Below, piece by piece: positions 28,324 through 37,552 of a DNA stretch of 64,000 bases. The translations under genes and the position numbers were made by a program. The notes beneath the pieces were generated by a model. That model ran no database searches and was not told where the DNA came from. It worked only from the letters and a program-made list of their open reading frames with translations. Position 1 is the stretch's first letter. Every line of letters begins with the position of its first letter. Origin of the DNA: Betaproteobacteria bacterium. Lineage in GTDB: Bacteria > Pseudomonadota > Gammaproteobacteria > Burkholderiales > Burkholderiaceae_C. The stretch lies in contig JANOAM010000067.1 in the NCBI GenBank assembly GCA_031411215.1, positions 708-64,707 on the forward strand. Direction: 5' to 3'.

Positions 28324-29925
28324 TCAGTCGGGAATGAAAGCGCGCAGCCGCGGCTGCAGACTGCGCAGGAAATCGGACAGGCGCTGCTCGGCCGCGGCCT
28401 GCCCTTCTTGTGCCAGCACCGGCGTGACGAGCCGGATCAGTGCACCGTCGGAGCGGTCGTGCAGCATGGCGTCGCGCAAGATGCCCCACTTGACCTCGTA
28501 CTCGCCGGTCATGACCTGGCCGCGCTGCTGGAACCAGTAGTAGACGAGTTGCCGCAGTTCGCCCTTCTGGATCACCGCCTGGTTGACCTGCATGCTGGCG
28601 CCGCTTTCCAGCGCAATGGTCACCGGTTCGATGCTGAGGATGGCCCAGCCGTCGCCCGGGATGCACGTGCGCGGCGAGTGGCTGCTCTGGCCGCCGCTTT
28701 GTGAGGCGTAGTACGCGGTATAGAAGTTGACCCAGGGTGCGGATGGGCGCGCGTAGTTGGCGATGAAGTAGTCGTCCACTGCCAGGACGGCCAGGATGTC
28801 CGGCGCGATGCGGTCCGGTCGGCCCAGCCAGCCGCCGGGCAGGCTCAAGGGAAACTCGGTGAAGGCCTGACGTGCGGGTTTTCGCAGCTGCTGCTCGGGC
28901 GTGGCCAGGGCCAGCGCGGCTGCGCCCCCCAGCAGGGCGAGCACGACCAGCGAAGCCGCTCCGGTTCGGCGAAGCTGGAGCGCCGCACCCGGCGGCGCGG
29001 GAGCGGGAATCTCCAGCGCCAGCAGGCCGCCCAGTCCACGGCGCTGGGGGTCCAGGCGCGCCAGCAGCGCCATTTCGCCGATCAGCAGCGCCAGGCACAC
29101 CATGAACATGAACCAGCCTTCAAGGTCGTGCAGCAGGCCTTCGGCCATCTGCGCGCCCCAGTACTCCACGGTGACGCCGATGAGGCCGATGCGCAGGCTG
29201 TTGATGGCGATGGTCAGCGGAATCGTGCTGGCGACGATGACCAGGCGCTGCCACCAGGGGCCGCGGTAGAAGTAGGCGCCCAGAAAGCCCAGCACCATCA
29301 AGGGGAACAGGTAGCGCAGGCCGTTGCAGGCTTCCACCACCTGCAGCTTGTAGCTGCCCAGGTCGATCACGTTGCCTTCCAGGAACACGCTGATGCCGAA
29401 CTGGCGGATCAGTGCAACACCCAGCTGCGATGAGAGAAGCTGCAGGCCGTGCGACAGCTCGCGCAAGACGAACTGTGGCAGCGGCACCATGAAGAGCAGC
29501 ACCACCAGCGCCATGCGGATCAGGCGTGTGCCTTGCGCACCCACGCAGCCCAGGGACAGTCCCACCAGGCCCAGGACAAAGCCGTACTGGCTGATGCTGC
29601 GGATGGCGCTGAAGTGCCCCACGGCCGCCAGCAGCAGCGACAGTGCGACCAGCGGCAGGCCCCACCAGGATCCCTGGAGTTCCAGCCGACGCAGTTCGTC
29701 GCTGCGTTGCCAGACCAGGAAGATGCTGATCAGCGGCACGAACCAGCCGTAGCTGTATTCCTCCACACCCTGCCAGGTGGCCACCATGAAGACCAGCCCC
29801 GCCCAGTGGCAGGCCACCAGCGCGGCCAGGCCCAGCGCCAGCAATCCCCATTGCTGCGGGCCGTTGCGCCAGGCCGGGCCGCCGGGCTGTGCGACGGAAC
29901 TTGTTGGGAGAAGGATCGCGTTCAT
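28324..29925 (-). CDS. xrtD: Exosortase D (VPLPA-CTERM-specific) with fused EpsI domain
   Basis: EEYSYG, LQLLSSQLGV, EGNVIDLG..LQVVEACNGLRYLFPL (catalytic Cys), NSLRI (Arg), LLHD (His). EpsI part HSPRTCIPG.GW, VYYWFQQRG, RSDGALIRL. VPLPA-type substrates are present in the window. Confidence 0.9.
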   Translation of the reverse strand: MNAILLPTSSVAQPGGPAWRNGPQQWGLLALGLAALVACHWAGLVFMVATWQGVEEYSYGWFVPLISIFLVWQRSDELRRLELQGSWWGLPLVALSLLLAAVGHFSAIRSISQYGFVLGLVGLSLGCVGAQGTRLIRMALVVLLFMVPLPQFVLRELSHGLQLLSSQLGVALIRQFGISVFLEGNVIDLGSYKLQVVEACNGLRYLFPLMVLGFLGAYFYRGPWWQRLVIVASTIPLTIAINSLRIGLIGVTVEYWGAQMAEGLLHDLEGWFMFMVCLALLIGEMALLARLDPQRRGLGGLLALEIPAPAPPGAALQLRRTGAASLVVLALLGGAAALALATPEQQLRKPARQAFTEFPLSLPGGWLGRPDRIAPDILAVLAVDDYFIANYARPSAPWVNFYTAYYASQSGGQSSHSPRTCIPGDGWAILSIEPVTIALESGASMQVNQAVIQKGELRQLVYYWFQQRGQVMTGEYEVKWGILRDAMLHDRSDGALIRLVTPVLAQEGQAAAEQRLSDFLRSLQPRLRAFIPD

Positions 29926-29934
29926 GCGCCGCGG

Positions 29935-29968
29935 AGCTTAGGAAGCCTTCATGACATGGGCATGGCGC
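29935..29968 (-). promoter_or_regulatory. pho-box-like promoter of xrtD-TPR-FkbM-GT41 operon
   Basis: Minus strand GCGCCAT-gccc-ATGTCAT-gaaggcttcc-TAAGCT, ending 9 nt before the ATG. Confidence 0.55.
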
Positions 29969-30057
29969 GCGACCGGCTGAAAGGACATGCAGGCCGTCAA
30001 CAAATCGACATGCAGGCGCATGCCGGGCCCGGACGCAGAGCGTCCGCAAGCCGCCTG

Positions 30058-30315
30058 TCAGGGCTGCGGATGTCGCAGTCGGCGCTGCGGGTTGAACCAG
30101 CGGATGCGCTGCACGGCCAGCAGGCTGACGCAACCCACGCCCAGGTACCAGTTGAGGCCGGGCCAACGTGTCGGTCCCGGCTGCGGAGGCGTTTCTGCGG
30201 CGCGCACCGCCGTGCTGTCAGCGCGCATGCGTTCGGATGTGCCGAGTGCTGCCTGGGCCCCGGAGGTTCCGCTCAGCAGCGCCAGCAGACAGCATGAAAG
30301 CAGGATCTTTGTCAT
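30058..30315 (-). CDS. Small exported protein with C-terminal hydrophobic segment and basic tail
   Basis: ATG 30315 with GGAAGG upstream; 85 aa: MTKILLSCCLLALLSGTSGAQA...PPQPGPTRWPGLNWYLGVGCVSLLAVQRIRW...RRLRH. Confidence 0.5.
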   Translation of the reverse strand: MTKILLSCCLLALLSGTSGAQAALGTSERMRADSTAVRAAETPPQPGPTRWPGLNWYLGVGCVSLLAVQRIRWFNPQRRLRHPQP

Positions 30316-30368
30316 GAGCAACCTTCCGGTTAGGAGCACAGCCGAATGCCGCGAACGCAACACACAGG

Positions 30369-30402
30369 AGCCTAGGCCGACCGCGTGGCGCGACGATGAC
30401 AG
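30369..30402 (-). promoter_or_regulatory. pho-box-like promoter
   Basis: Minus strand CTGTCAT-cgtc-GCGCCAC-gcggtcggcc-TAGGCT. Confidence 0.6.
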
Positions 30403-30529
30403 CAGCCGAACACGGGCACGGCAGCCTGCGGTGCGTCTCTCGATGCGTCTCCCGATGCGCCACACGTTGTGCTACGCGGTGACTTCATGACGCTGGCGTG
30501 GCGGCCGGGCGTCCAAACGGATGCGTGTC

Positions 30530-30563
30530 TTGTCAACGCCGGGACATCACGTGTCCTTAAGCT
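30530..30563 (+). promoter_or_regulatory. pho-box-like promoter of the acetyltransferase gene
   Basis: TTGTCAA-cgcc-GGGACAT-cacgtgtcct-TAAGCT, ending 10 nt before ATG 30574. Confidence 0.55.
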
Positions 30564-30573
30564 GCGGCGCCTC

Positions 30574-31158
30574 ATGCCACCCGCCTTGAACCCTGCGCCC
30601 GCCCTGCGCCATGCCGACAACCCGCACCTGCAGCCCAGCTTTGGCCTGCGCAACCGTTTGGCGCGCGCACTCTGGGCTGTGGCGGCGCTGCTGCTGTTCC
30701 GTCTGAGCCCGCGGCCGCTGCACGCCTGGCGCGCCGCTGTCTTGCGTGTGTTCGGTGCGCGCCTGGAGCAGGGCTGCCACATCTACGCCGGCGCGCGCAT
30801 CTGGGCACCCTGGAACCTGGTCTGCGAAGAGGGCGCCTGCATCGCCGACGGCGCCATCGTCTACAACCCCGTGACTGTGACGCTGGGCCGGTACTGCGTG
30901 GTGTCGCAGGAAGCCTACCTGTGTGGCGCCGGTCATGACATCGACGATCCCGGCTTCCCGATGGTGAGCCGGCCCATCACCATCGGCGCCCAGGCCTGGA
31001 TCGCCGCACGTGCCACGGTGTGCGCCGGTGTGGTGGTGGGCGAAGGCGCCGTGCTGGGCCTGGGCAGCGTGGCTGCGCGCGACTTGCAGCCTTGGGGCGT
31101 GTATGCCGGCGTTCCCGCACGGTACTTGCGGCAACGGACCATGCACCATGCAGATTGA
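30574..31158 (+). CDS. WcaF-like left-handed beta-helix acetyltransferase
   Basis: FRLSPRPLHAWRAAVLRVFGA, IWAPWNL, VSQEAYLCGAGHD, hexapeptide repeats, VYAGVPAR. Confidence 0.88.
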   Translation: MPPALNPAPALRHADNPHLQPSFGLRNRLARALWAVAALLLFRLSPRPLHAWRAAVLRVFGARLEQGCHIYAGARIWAPWNLVCEEGACIADGAIVYNPVTVTLGRYCVVSQEAYLCGAGHDIDDPGFPMVSRPITIGAQAWIAARATVCAGVVVGEGAVLGLGSVAARDLQPWGVYAGVPARYLRQRTMHHAD

Positions 31159-31684
31159 CTCACGCGACGCGGCCCTCGCTGCGCCCTATGGCGCCGAGAC
31201 CACCCGCCCAGTGCTGATCAAGCTGGACCGCTTCGGCGCGCGCACCGTGCTGGAACTGGCCTGTGGCCAGGGCTGGATGACGGCCGCCCTGTCGCGCTGT
31301 GGGTTCGACGCCCACGGGATGGACCAGGTCGCCGGGCGCATCACCGCCGCGCGGCAGGCGCACCCCGAACTGCGCTTCCACCACGTGGGCCCGCTGGCGC
31401 CTGCGCCAGCGGAGTTTCTTGACCACTATGACGCGGTGGTCGGCCTGCAGCTGCGCGCCGCCATCCCTGCCACCGACCGGCTGCTGCAACTGGCGCATGA
31501 GCTGCTGCGACCTGGCGGCCTGCTGCTGCTGACCGTGCCGCGACAAGGCAGCTTCAGCGCCGAAGGCACGCTGACCGCGTGGCTGCAGCGCCATGGCTTC
31601 GAAAAGGCCAAGGCCGAGACCGTGGGCTTTGTGGTGCCGATGCCGCGCACGATGCTGGTTACCGCGCGCCGCCCTGGCGGTTGA
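31148..31684 (+). CDS. Class I SAM-dependent methyltransferase (short, possibly degenerate)
   Basis: VLELACGQG motif I, HGMD, LLRPGGLLLLTVP. Overlaps the upstream gene end. Confidence 0.7.
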   Translation: MQIDSRDAALAAPYGAETTRPVLIKLDRFGARTVLELACGQGWMTAALSRCGFDAHGMDQVAGRITAARQAHPELRFHHVGPLAPAPAEFLDHYDAVVGLQLRAAIPATDRLLQLAHELLRPGGLLLLTVPRQGSFSAEGTLTAWLQRHGFEKAKAETVGFVVPMPRTMLVTARRPGG

Positions 31685-31707
31685 AGCGCGGTCAGCCCAT
31701 CAGCCCA

Positions 31708-32592
31708 TCAGTCCGGCTGTGCGGCAGCCGACTGCCGCGCCTCCAGCAACTTGGCGTCCACCAACATGCGGAACCACAAGGCCTGCAGGAAGGCGAAGTA
31801 CAGGCCTTCGCGGCCGTCCAGGAAGCCGCCTCGCAGCACGTAGCGGTACGCAAAGTAGGCGGCTCCACGCAGCCCGGCCGGCAGACGGTAGTACAGGGCC
31901 TTGAGCCAGCGTGTGCGTTCGCGCGGGTCGCCAGCCAGCCGGGCCTGCAACACACCCGGCCCGTTGGGCGCGCCCCCACGCAGGCGTTCGGCCACCTCCA
32001 GGTCGCTCCACCGGTTGTGGCGGGCGGTCCATTCGCTGAGCGTGCCGGCATTCATGTCGTGCATGCAGCCCGACAAGCGCCCCGCCGGCACGCGGGCCAC
32101 GAAATGCTGGTCATACAGGCGGTCCTCGCAGGCGCCCTGGCCTTGCCTGAACAGGCGCAGGTGCCAGGGGTTCAGGCCGCTGTGCTTCAGTGCGCGGCCC
32201 ATGAAGTAGTCCAGACGGCGCAGCAGGTAGGCGTCGTGCGTCGCGCTGTCGCCGGCCTTCAAAACACGCAGCACGGCGTGCACAGCCTGCTCGTCCAGCA
32301 CCTCGTCAGCGTCCAGGTGCAGTTGCCAGGCCGGCGCGTCCACGCGCGCGTCCAGCTGTTGTATGGCCCAGTTGCGCTGGTCCGCGTAGTGCACGAACGC
32401 CCGTTGCAGCACTTCCGCTGGTCCGTCCAGGGCCTGCAGCGTGCCGTCCTTGGAAAACGAGTCCACCACCAGCGGGCAGGGGTCTATGCGGCGCGCCTGC
32501 GCCAGCGTGCGGCCGATGATGCCTTCGCAGTTGAAGGTCAGCACGACCACGCGGCAGCGTTGTGGTGCCGGACCGGAAGTCGTCTGGTTCAT
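31708..32592 (-). CDS. Glycosyltransferase family 2
   Basis: Start ATG 32592. VVVLTFNCE, VVDSFSKDGT, QRNWA, LHLDADE, RLFR, GFLDGREG. Confidence 0.9.
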   Translation of the reverse strand: MNQTTSGPAPQRCRVVVLTFNCEGIIGRTLAQARRIDPCPLVVDSFSKDGTLQALDGPAEVLQRAFVHYADQRNWAIQQLDARVDAPAWQLHLDADEVLDEQAVHAVLRVLKAGDSATHDAYLLRRLDYFMGRALKHSGLNPWHLRLFRQGQGACEDRLYDQHFVARVPAGRLSGCMHDMNAGTLSEWTARHNRWSDLEVAERLRGGAPNGPGVLQARLAGDPRERTRWLKALYYRLPAGLRGAAYFAYRYVLRGGFLDGREGLYFAFLQALWFRMLVDAKLLEARQSAAAQPD

Positions 32593-33857
32593 GCAGCGAT
32601 GGGTTGAGGCAAGACTGCGGCCACCGCGTCCAGCACCTTGTCGGCGTAGGCCGACCAGGTGAAGCGCGCCGCCATCTGGCGGGCCTGCACGGACATGGCC
32701 GGCAGGTCCTGCCGGTGATCGGCCAGCCAGGCGATGCGCTCGGCCAGCGCTTCGGGCGACCGGATGGGCACCAGGAAGCCGGTGCGGCCTTCGTCCACCA
32801 GATCTTCGCCGCCGGCGTTGCGGGTCACGACGATGGGCAGCCCGCGGCTCAGCGCTTCCTGCTGCACCAGTGCACGCCCTTCCACCAGCGAAGGCAGCAG
32901 CAGCACGTCGCAACTGTCCATCAGGGCCAGGACCTGACCATGCGGCCGGGTGGGTTCGTGGGTGAAGTCGCCGCCATGGCGGCGGTAGAACGGCATCGGC
33001 ATCAGCAGCGAGCCCATGACCACCAGTTCGATGTCGGAACGCTGCAGCCGTGCGAAGGCCGCGAAGACGTCGGCCAGGCCCTTGCGCTGGCCCATGGAGC
33101 CGGCAAACAGGAAGCGCATGCGGCGGTTCAGCGGCGCGGGCCTGGTGGTGGCGCTGGAATTGACGACTGTGGGCACTGGCGGTGACCCGAACTCGGCCAC
33201 GATGCAGCGCCGGCCCTGGCGCAGCGCCGGCGGGATCGACTCCAGCACGAAGGCGCTGGGGCAGACCACCAAGTCTGCGGCCATCAGCTCGGCGGTTTTT
33301 CTCTCCAGCTTGCGCGGTGAGTCGGCCGTGGCGACGAGCGTGGGCTCCCACTCGGGCAGACGCTGCGCTTCATCGGCCAGCAGGCGGTGGGCGGTCTGCC
33401 AGTAGGCAATGGGCAGGTCGTATGCGGCAGTCATGCCCAGGTTGCGCGCAGCCTGCAAGGTGGCCAGCGCGCCGTCCTCATAGGCATAGGCCGCCGACAG
33501 CTGGCGCTGCCGCTGCCACAGCGGCAACTGCGTGGCCACGTGCTGGTCCAGGTCGCGGTAGACCGCATCCACGGACGCCCAGCCGGTCTCCTGGCGGATG
33601 GGAACGGTGACCCCCAGCTTGCGGCAGATGAGCCGAACGGATTCCAGTTGGGGTCGCGCCAGCACCTGTGCAGCAGGCAGCTCGTAGCAGCGGCGCTGCA
33701 GTTCGGCCACCAGTGCTTTCGGCAAGCCACGGAAGCGTTCGCGTCCGCCGGCAAAGCCCAGTGCCGTGGCGTAGGCGCCCAGCTGCTGCCGGCGCTGGGC
33801 GCCTTGGAGCAGGGCGCGCACATTGGCATTGCCGGTGGGGTGGGACAACAGCAGCAT
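32589..33857 (-). CDS. Glycosyltransferase family 4
   Basis: Start ATG 33857 (MLLLSHPTGNAN). FAGSMGQRKG, PSLVEGRALVQQEALSRG. ATGA overlap with the GT2 gene. Confidence 0.88.
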   Translation of the reverse strand: MLLLSHPTGNANVRALLQGAQRRQQLGAYATALGFAGGRERFRGLPKALVAELQRRCYELPAAQVLARPQLESVRLICRKLGVTVPIRQETGWASVDAVYRDLDQHVATQLPLWQRQRQLSAAYAYEDGALATLQAARNLGMTAAYDLPIAYWQTAHRLLADEAQRLPEWEPTLVATADSPRKLERKTAELMAADLVVCPSAFVLESIPPALRQGRRCIVAEFGSPPVPTVVNSSATTRPAPLNRRMRFLFAGSMGQRKGLADVFAAFARLQRSDIELVVMGSLLMPMPFYRRHGGDFTHEPTRPHGQVLALMDSCDVLLLPSLVEGRALVQQEALSRGLPIVVTRNAGGEDLVDEGRTGFLVPIRSPEALAERIAWLADHRQDLPAMSVQARQMAARFTWSAYADKVLDAVAAVLPQPIAA

Positions 33858-33896
33858 AGGGGCAGCAGACGAGGCAGGACACGGCAAGAAGCCGCG

Positions 33897-33930
33897 ATTC
33901 TGGGCAGCCCCCAAGACCCGCGGATGACAG
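33897..33930 (-). promoter_or_regulatory. pho-box-like promoter (leftward of a divergent pair)
   Basis: Minus strand CTGTCAT-ccgc-GGGTCTT-gggggctgcc-CAGAAT. Confidence 0.55.
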
Positions 33931-33961
33931 CTCGCCAGGGCCGTGGTGCCGCTTCGGCAGG

Positions 33962-33995
33962 CTGACTCACTCACGCCATATTGGCTGCCTAGGAT
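33962..33995 (+). promoter_or_regulatory. pho-box-like promoter (rightward of a divergent pair)
   Basis: CTGACTC-actc-ACGCCAT-attggctgcc-TAGGAT. Confidence 0.45.
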
Positions 33996-34056
33996 TGCGC
34001 GCTTTTGGGTGGACTGCAATGTGTTCCAGCGCGCCGCGCGGGCAGGGCCCGTGCCG

Positions 34057-35079
34057 ATGAAGATTCTTCTCTGTTCGGTGCCGTTCAGCCCCTCGGTGGG
34101 GGGCATCGAAACGGTGTCTGCGGTGCTGGCGGAGCAGTTCGTGCAGCAGGGCCATGCCGTGACGGTGGTGACGCAGACGCGCTCGAGCACACCCGACGGC
34201 GAACCGTATCGCATCGTCAGGCGGCCGGCTGCCACTGCGTTGTGGTCGCTGGTGCGCGAGGCGGACGTGGTCTTCCACAACAACATCAGCCTGCGCCTGG
34301 CCTGGCCGCTGCTGCTGTGCCCGCGGCCCTGGGTGGTGGCGCACCACACCTGGATACCGCACCACGGCTTGGCGGCGCGCTTGAAGCGCGCGCTGCTGCG
34401 GCTGGCCACCAACATCAGCGTCAGCCAGGCGGTGGCCGACGACTTGCCGGTGCGCAGCACGCGTGTGCCCAACCCCTACCGCGCAACGCTGTTCAGGCCG
34501 GTCCAGGGCGTGGCGCGCACACGCGACCTCATCTTTGTCGGGCGCATGGTCAGCGACAAGGGCGCCGCGCTGCTGCTGGATGCGTTGCAGGCATTGAAGA
34601 ACCAAGGCCTGCGGCTGGCCGCCACGCTGGTGGGCGACGGGCCGGAGCTGGACGCGCTGCAAATTCAGGCACGGCGCCTGGGTGTGAAGTCGCAGGTTCA
34701 CTTCGCGGGCCGCCAGCAGGGCGAAGCCTTGGTGGACCTGCTGCACCGGCACCAGGTGCTGGTGGTGCCATCGGTCTGGGAGGAACCCTTCGGCCTGGTG
34801 GCACTTGAAGGTCTGGCCTGCGGCTGTGTGCCGCTGGTGGCGCGCAGTGGGGGCCTGCGAGAAGCTGCCGGCCCTTGTGGCCGCAGCTTTGCCAAGGGTG
34901 ATGCTGCGTCCTTGGCATCCGAGTTGCTGGCCTGGCATGTGCAGCGGCCCAGCGTGTGCGACCTGCGGGCCGAGTCGGCGGAGCATCTGGCCCGCCACCT
35001 GCCTGAGCGGGTGGCGGCCGCCTATCTGGAAGTGATGACCCATGCGTGCCAGCGCCGCAGTGCAGCCCTGGCGGCCTGA
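34057..35079 (+). CDS. Glycosyltransferase family 4
   Basis: Start ATG 34057 (MKILLCSVPFSPSVGGIE). FVGRMVSDKG, PSVWEEPFGLVALEGLACG. Confidence 0.9.
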   Translation: MKILLCSVPFSPSVGGIETVSAVLAEQFVQQGHAVTVVTQTRSSTPDGEPYRIVRRPAATALWSLVREADVVFHNNISLRLAWPLLLCPRPWVVAHHTWIPHHGLAARLKRALLRLATNISVSQAVADDLPVRSTRVPNPYRATLFRPVQGVARTRDLIFVGRMVSDKGAALLLDALQALKNQGLRLAATLVGDGPELDALQIQARRLGVKSQVHFAGRQQGEALVDLLHRHQVLVVPSVWEEPFGLVALEGLACGCVPLVARSGGLREAAGPCGRSFAKGDAASLASELLAWHVQRPSVCDLRAESAEHLARHLPERVAAAYLEVMTHACQRRSAALAA

Positions 35080-36583
35080 GGCGCGCGCCCTGCGTGCCGG
35101 GCTGGCGACGCGACGGGCGGCGCAGCCGCGGCCGCGGCCAGGTGCCGTTGCCAGTGCATTGAGCCCCGCCCGGGAGCGGGGCCGCCAGTTGGTCGTACGA
35201 CTGGTGCTGCTGCTGTTGTTGATGGCCATGCTGGAAGGTGCCGTGCGCAAGTGGGTGGCGCCGCAACTGGGGGCCTACATCTTCTTCGTGCGCGATCCGG
35301 TGCTGCTGGCCACCTACGCGCTGGCCTTCCGTCACGGCTTGTGGCCCAGGCGCAGCCGTTGGCTGCGTGTGTTCGGGTGGATGGCTGTGGTGGGTGTGGT
35401 GGTGCTGTTGATGCAATGGGCCACCGGCGGCCCAAGCGACCAGCGGCTGACACTCGGCCTGTACGGCTGGCGCGCCTACTTCCTGTATCCGCCACTGGCC
35501 CTGCTGGTGGGCGCCACCTTCCGGCGCGCCGACACGTTGCGCCTGGCCAAGCTGCTGCTGTGGTTGGCCATCCCAGTGGGCGTGCTGGTGGTGTTGCAGT
35601 TCGCTGCGCCGCAAGGCGCGCCCATCAATGTCGGCATTGCCGAAGAGAAGGAACTGCAGTTCAGGGGCTTGGGCCTCACGGTGGAACGTACGCGCCCTCA
35701 AGGCCCCTTTGCCTCGGGTGCAGCCCAGCAGCAGTTCGTGGCCACGGCTTTTCTGTTGCTTCTGACGGCCTTCATGTCGCCCAAACGCCTGCCTCAGCCC
35801 AACCTGCCGACGCTGCTGATGACAGGGGCCGGCGTGCTGACCTGCATCGGTTTGAGCGGCAGCCGCGGCCTCGTGCTGCAGTGCGCGGTGGCCGTGTTGG
35901 TGGCGCAGATGGTGGGTGTGGCGGGGCGCTCCGGCGCTTTGAAGGGGCGGGCCTTCATCTGGCCGGCGGTGCTGACGGTGGCCGCACTCTCGGCCTATCC
36001 GCTGGTCTTTCCCGAAGGCTACGCCGCCTTCTCGGCGCGCTGGGCCGCGGCCGACGCCACGGAGCGGCAGACCTTCGAGGACACGGGCGTCATCGGGCGC
36101 GCGCTCTATGGCCTGGTCGACTTCCTGCACCTCGTCGACCAGGTTCCGGTGCTGGGCAGCGGTCTGGGCTTTGGCGGCAATGCGGCCATCACGCTGGGCG
36201 CGCGCATCGACGGCCAGCCGCCGCCCTATGCCGAGTCCGACTTCGCGCGCCACATGGTGGACCTGGGCCCGCTGTTCGGGATGGGCTATGTGCTCATGCG
36301 CCTGGCGCTGGTGGCCTGGCTCACCCGCATGGCCTTGCGTGCCACGCGCCGCCTGGGTGACCCGCTGCCGCTGATGCTGTGGTCCTACGTGGCCTACGTG
36401 CTGGTGATGGGGCAGATCACGGGCCAGGGAACCATCAACTTCTTCGGCTGGCTGTTCGCCGGCCTGCTCATCGCGAGCTGCAGCGCGCCCATGCCGGCAC
36501 GCGCAACTTCGAAAGCGATCCCACGAGCCACGCTGGGCGACCTGCCCAGGCGAACGACTTTCCAACTGAGAGGCACATCTTGA
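35042..36583 (+). CDS. Multi-TM Wzy polymerase / O-antigen-ligase-like membrane protein
   Basis: About 11 hydrophobic segments; EGAVRKW, RPQGPF, LSGSRG, GSGLGFG. Sits inside the GT operon. Confidence 0.7.
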   Translation: MRASAAVQPWRPEARALRAGLATRRAAQPRPRPGAVASALSPARERGRQLVVRLVLLLLLMAMLEGAVRKWVAPQLGAYIFFVRDPVLLATYALAFRHGLWPRRSRWLRVFGWMAVVGVVVLLMQWATGGPSDQRLTLGLYGWRAYFLYPPLALLVGATFRRADTLRLAKLLLWLAIPVGVLVVLQFAAPQGAPINVGIAEEKELQFRGLGLTVERTRPQGPFASGAAQQQFVATAFLLLLTAFMSPKRLPQPNLPTLLMTGAGVLTCIGLSGSRGLVLQCAVAVLVAQMVGVAGRSGALKGRAFIWPAVLTVAALSAYPLVFPEGYAAFSARWAAADATERQTFEDTGVIGRALYGLVDFLHLVDQVPVLGSGLGFGGNAAITLGARIDGQPPPYAESDFARHMVDLGPLFGMGYVLMRLALVAWLTRMALRATRRLGDPLPLMLWSYVAYVLVMGQITGQGTINFFGWLFAGLLIASCSAPMPARATSKAIPRATLGDLPRRTTFQLRGTS

Positions 36584-37524
36584 ACGACACCATCATGGTC
36601 ACCGGCGGCGCCGGTTTTCTGGGCTCGCACCTGTGCGACCGCCTGGTCGAAGACCAGCGTGACGTGCTCTGCGTGGACAACCTGTTCACCGGCAGCCGCA
36701 ACAACATTCGCCACCTGCTGGCCAGCGAGTACTTCGAGTTCCAGCGCCACGACGTGACCTTCCCGTTGTACGTGGAAGTGGGGCAGATCTACAACCTGGC
36801 CTGTCCGGCCAGCCCCGTGCACTACCAGCACGACCCGGTGCAGACCACCAAGACCAGCGTGCACGGTGCCATCAACATGCTGGGCTTGGCCAAGCGCCTG
36901 GGCGCACGCATCCTGCAGGCCAGCACCAGCGAGGTCTACGGCGACCCGGCCGTGCACCCGCAGACGGAAGACTACTGGGGCAACGTCAACCCCATCGGCA
37001 TCCGCGCCTGCTATGACGAAGGCAAACGCTGCGCCGAAACCCTGTTCTTCGACTACCACCGCCAGCACCAGCTGGACATCAAGGTGGTGCGCATCTTCAA
37101 CACCTACGGTCCACGCATGCGCCCTGACGACGGGCGCGTCGTCAGCAACTTCATCGTGCAAGCCTTGCGCGGCGAGGACATCACCATCTTCGGTGACGGC
37201 CAACAGACCCGCAGCTTCTGTTACGTGGACGACCTGGTGGACGTGATCGTGCGCATGATGAACACCGAAGCCGGCTTCACCGGCCCGGTGAACATTGGCA
37301 ACCCCGGCGAATACACCATGCTGCAGCTGGCCGAGACGGTGCTGCGCATGACCAAGAGCAAGTCGCGGCTGATCTTCAAACCGCTGCCGGGAGATGACCC
37401 CAGGCAGCGCCGCCCGGACATCACGGTAGCTCAGTCCAAGCTGGGCTGGGAGCCCAAGGTGTCGCTGCAGGACGGGCTGTCGCCAACCATCGACTATTTC
37501 CGCCAGCTGCTGATGCGGACCTGA
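36580..37524 (+). CDS. uxs: UDP-glucuronate decarboxylase (UDP-xylose synthase)
   Basis: TTG start overlapping the upstream [66 protein letters not shown]. Confidence 0.95.
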   Translation: MNDTIMVTGGAGFLGSHLCDRLVEDQRDVLCVDNLFTGSRNNIRHLLASEYFEFQRHDVTFPLYVEVGQIYNLACPASPVHYQHDPVQTTKTSVHGAINMLGLAKRLGARILQASTSEVYGDPAVHPQTEDYWGNVNPIGIRACYDEGKRCAETLFFDYHRQHQLDIKVVRIFNTYGPRMRPDDGRVVSNFIVQALRGEDITIFGDGQQTRSFCYVDDLVDVIVRMMNTEAGFTGPVNIGNPGEYTMLQLAETVLRMTKSKSRLIFKPLPGDDPRQRRPDITVAQSKLGWEPKVSLQDGLSPTIDYFRQLLMRT

Positions 37525-37552
37525 TCGGCATGTCCATCAATCACCGCCCGAC

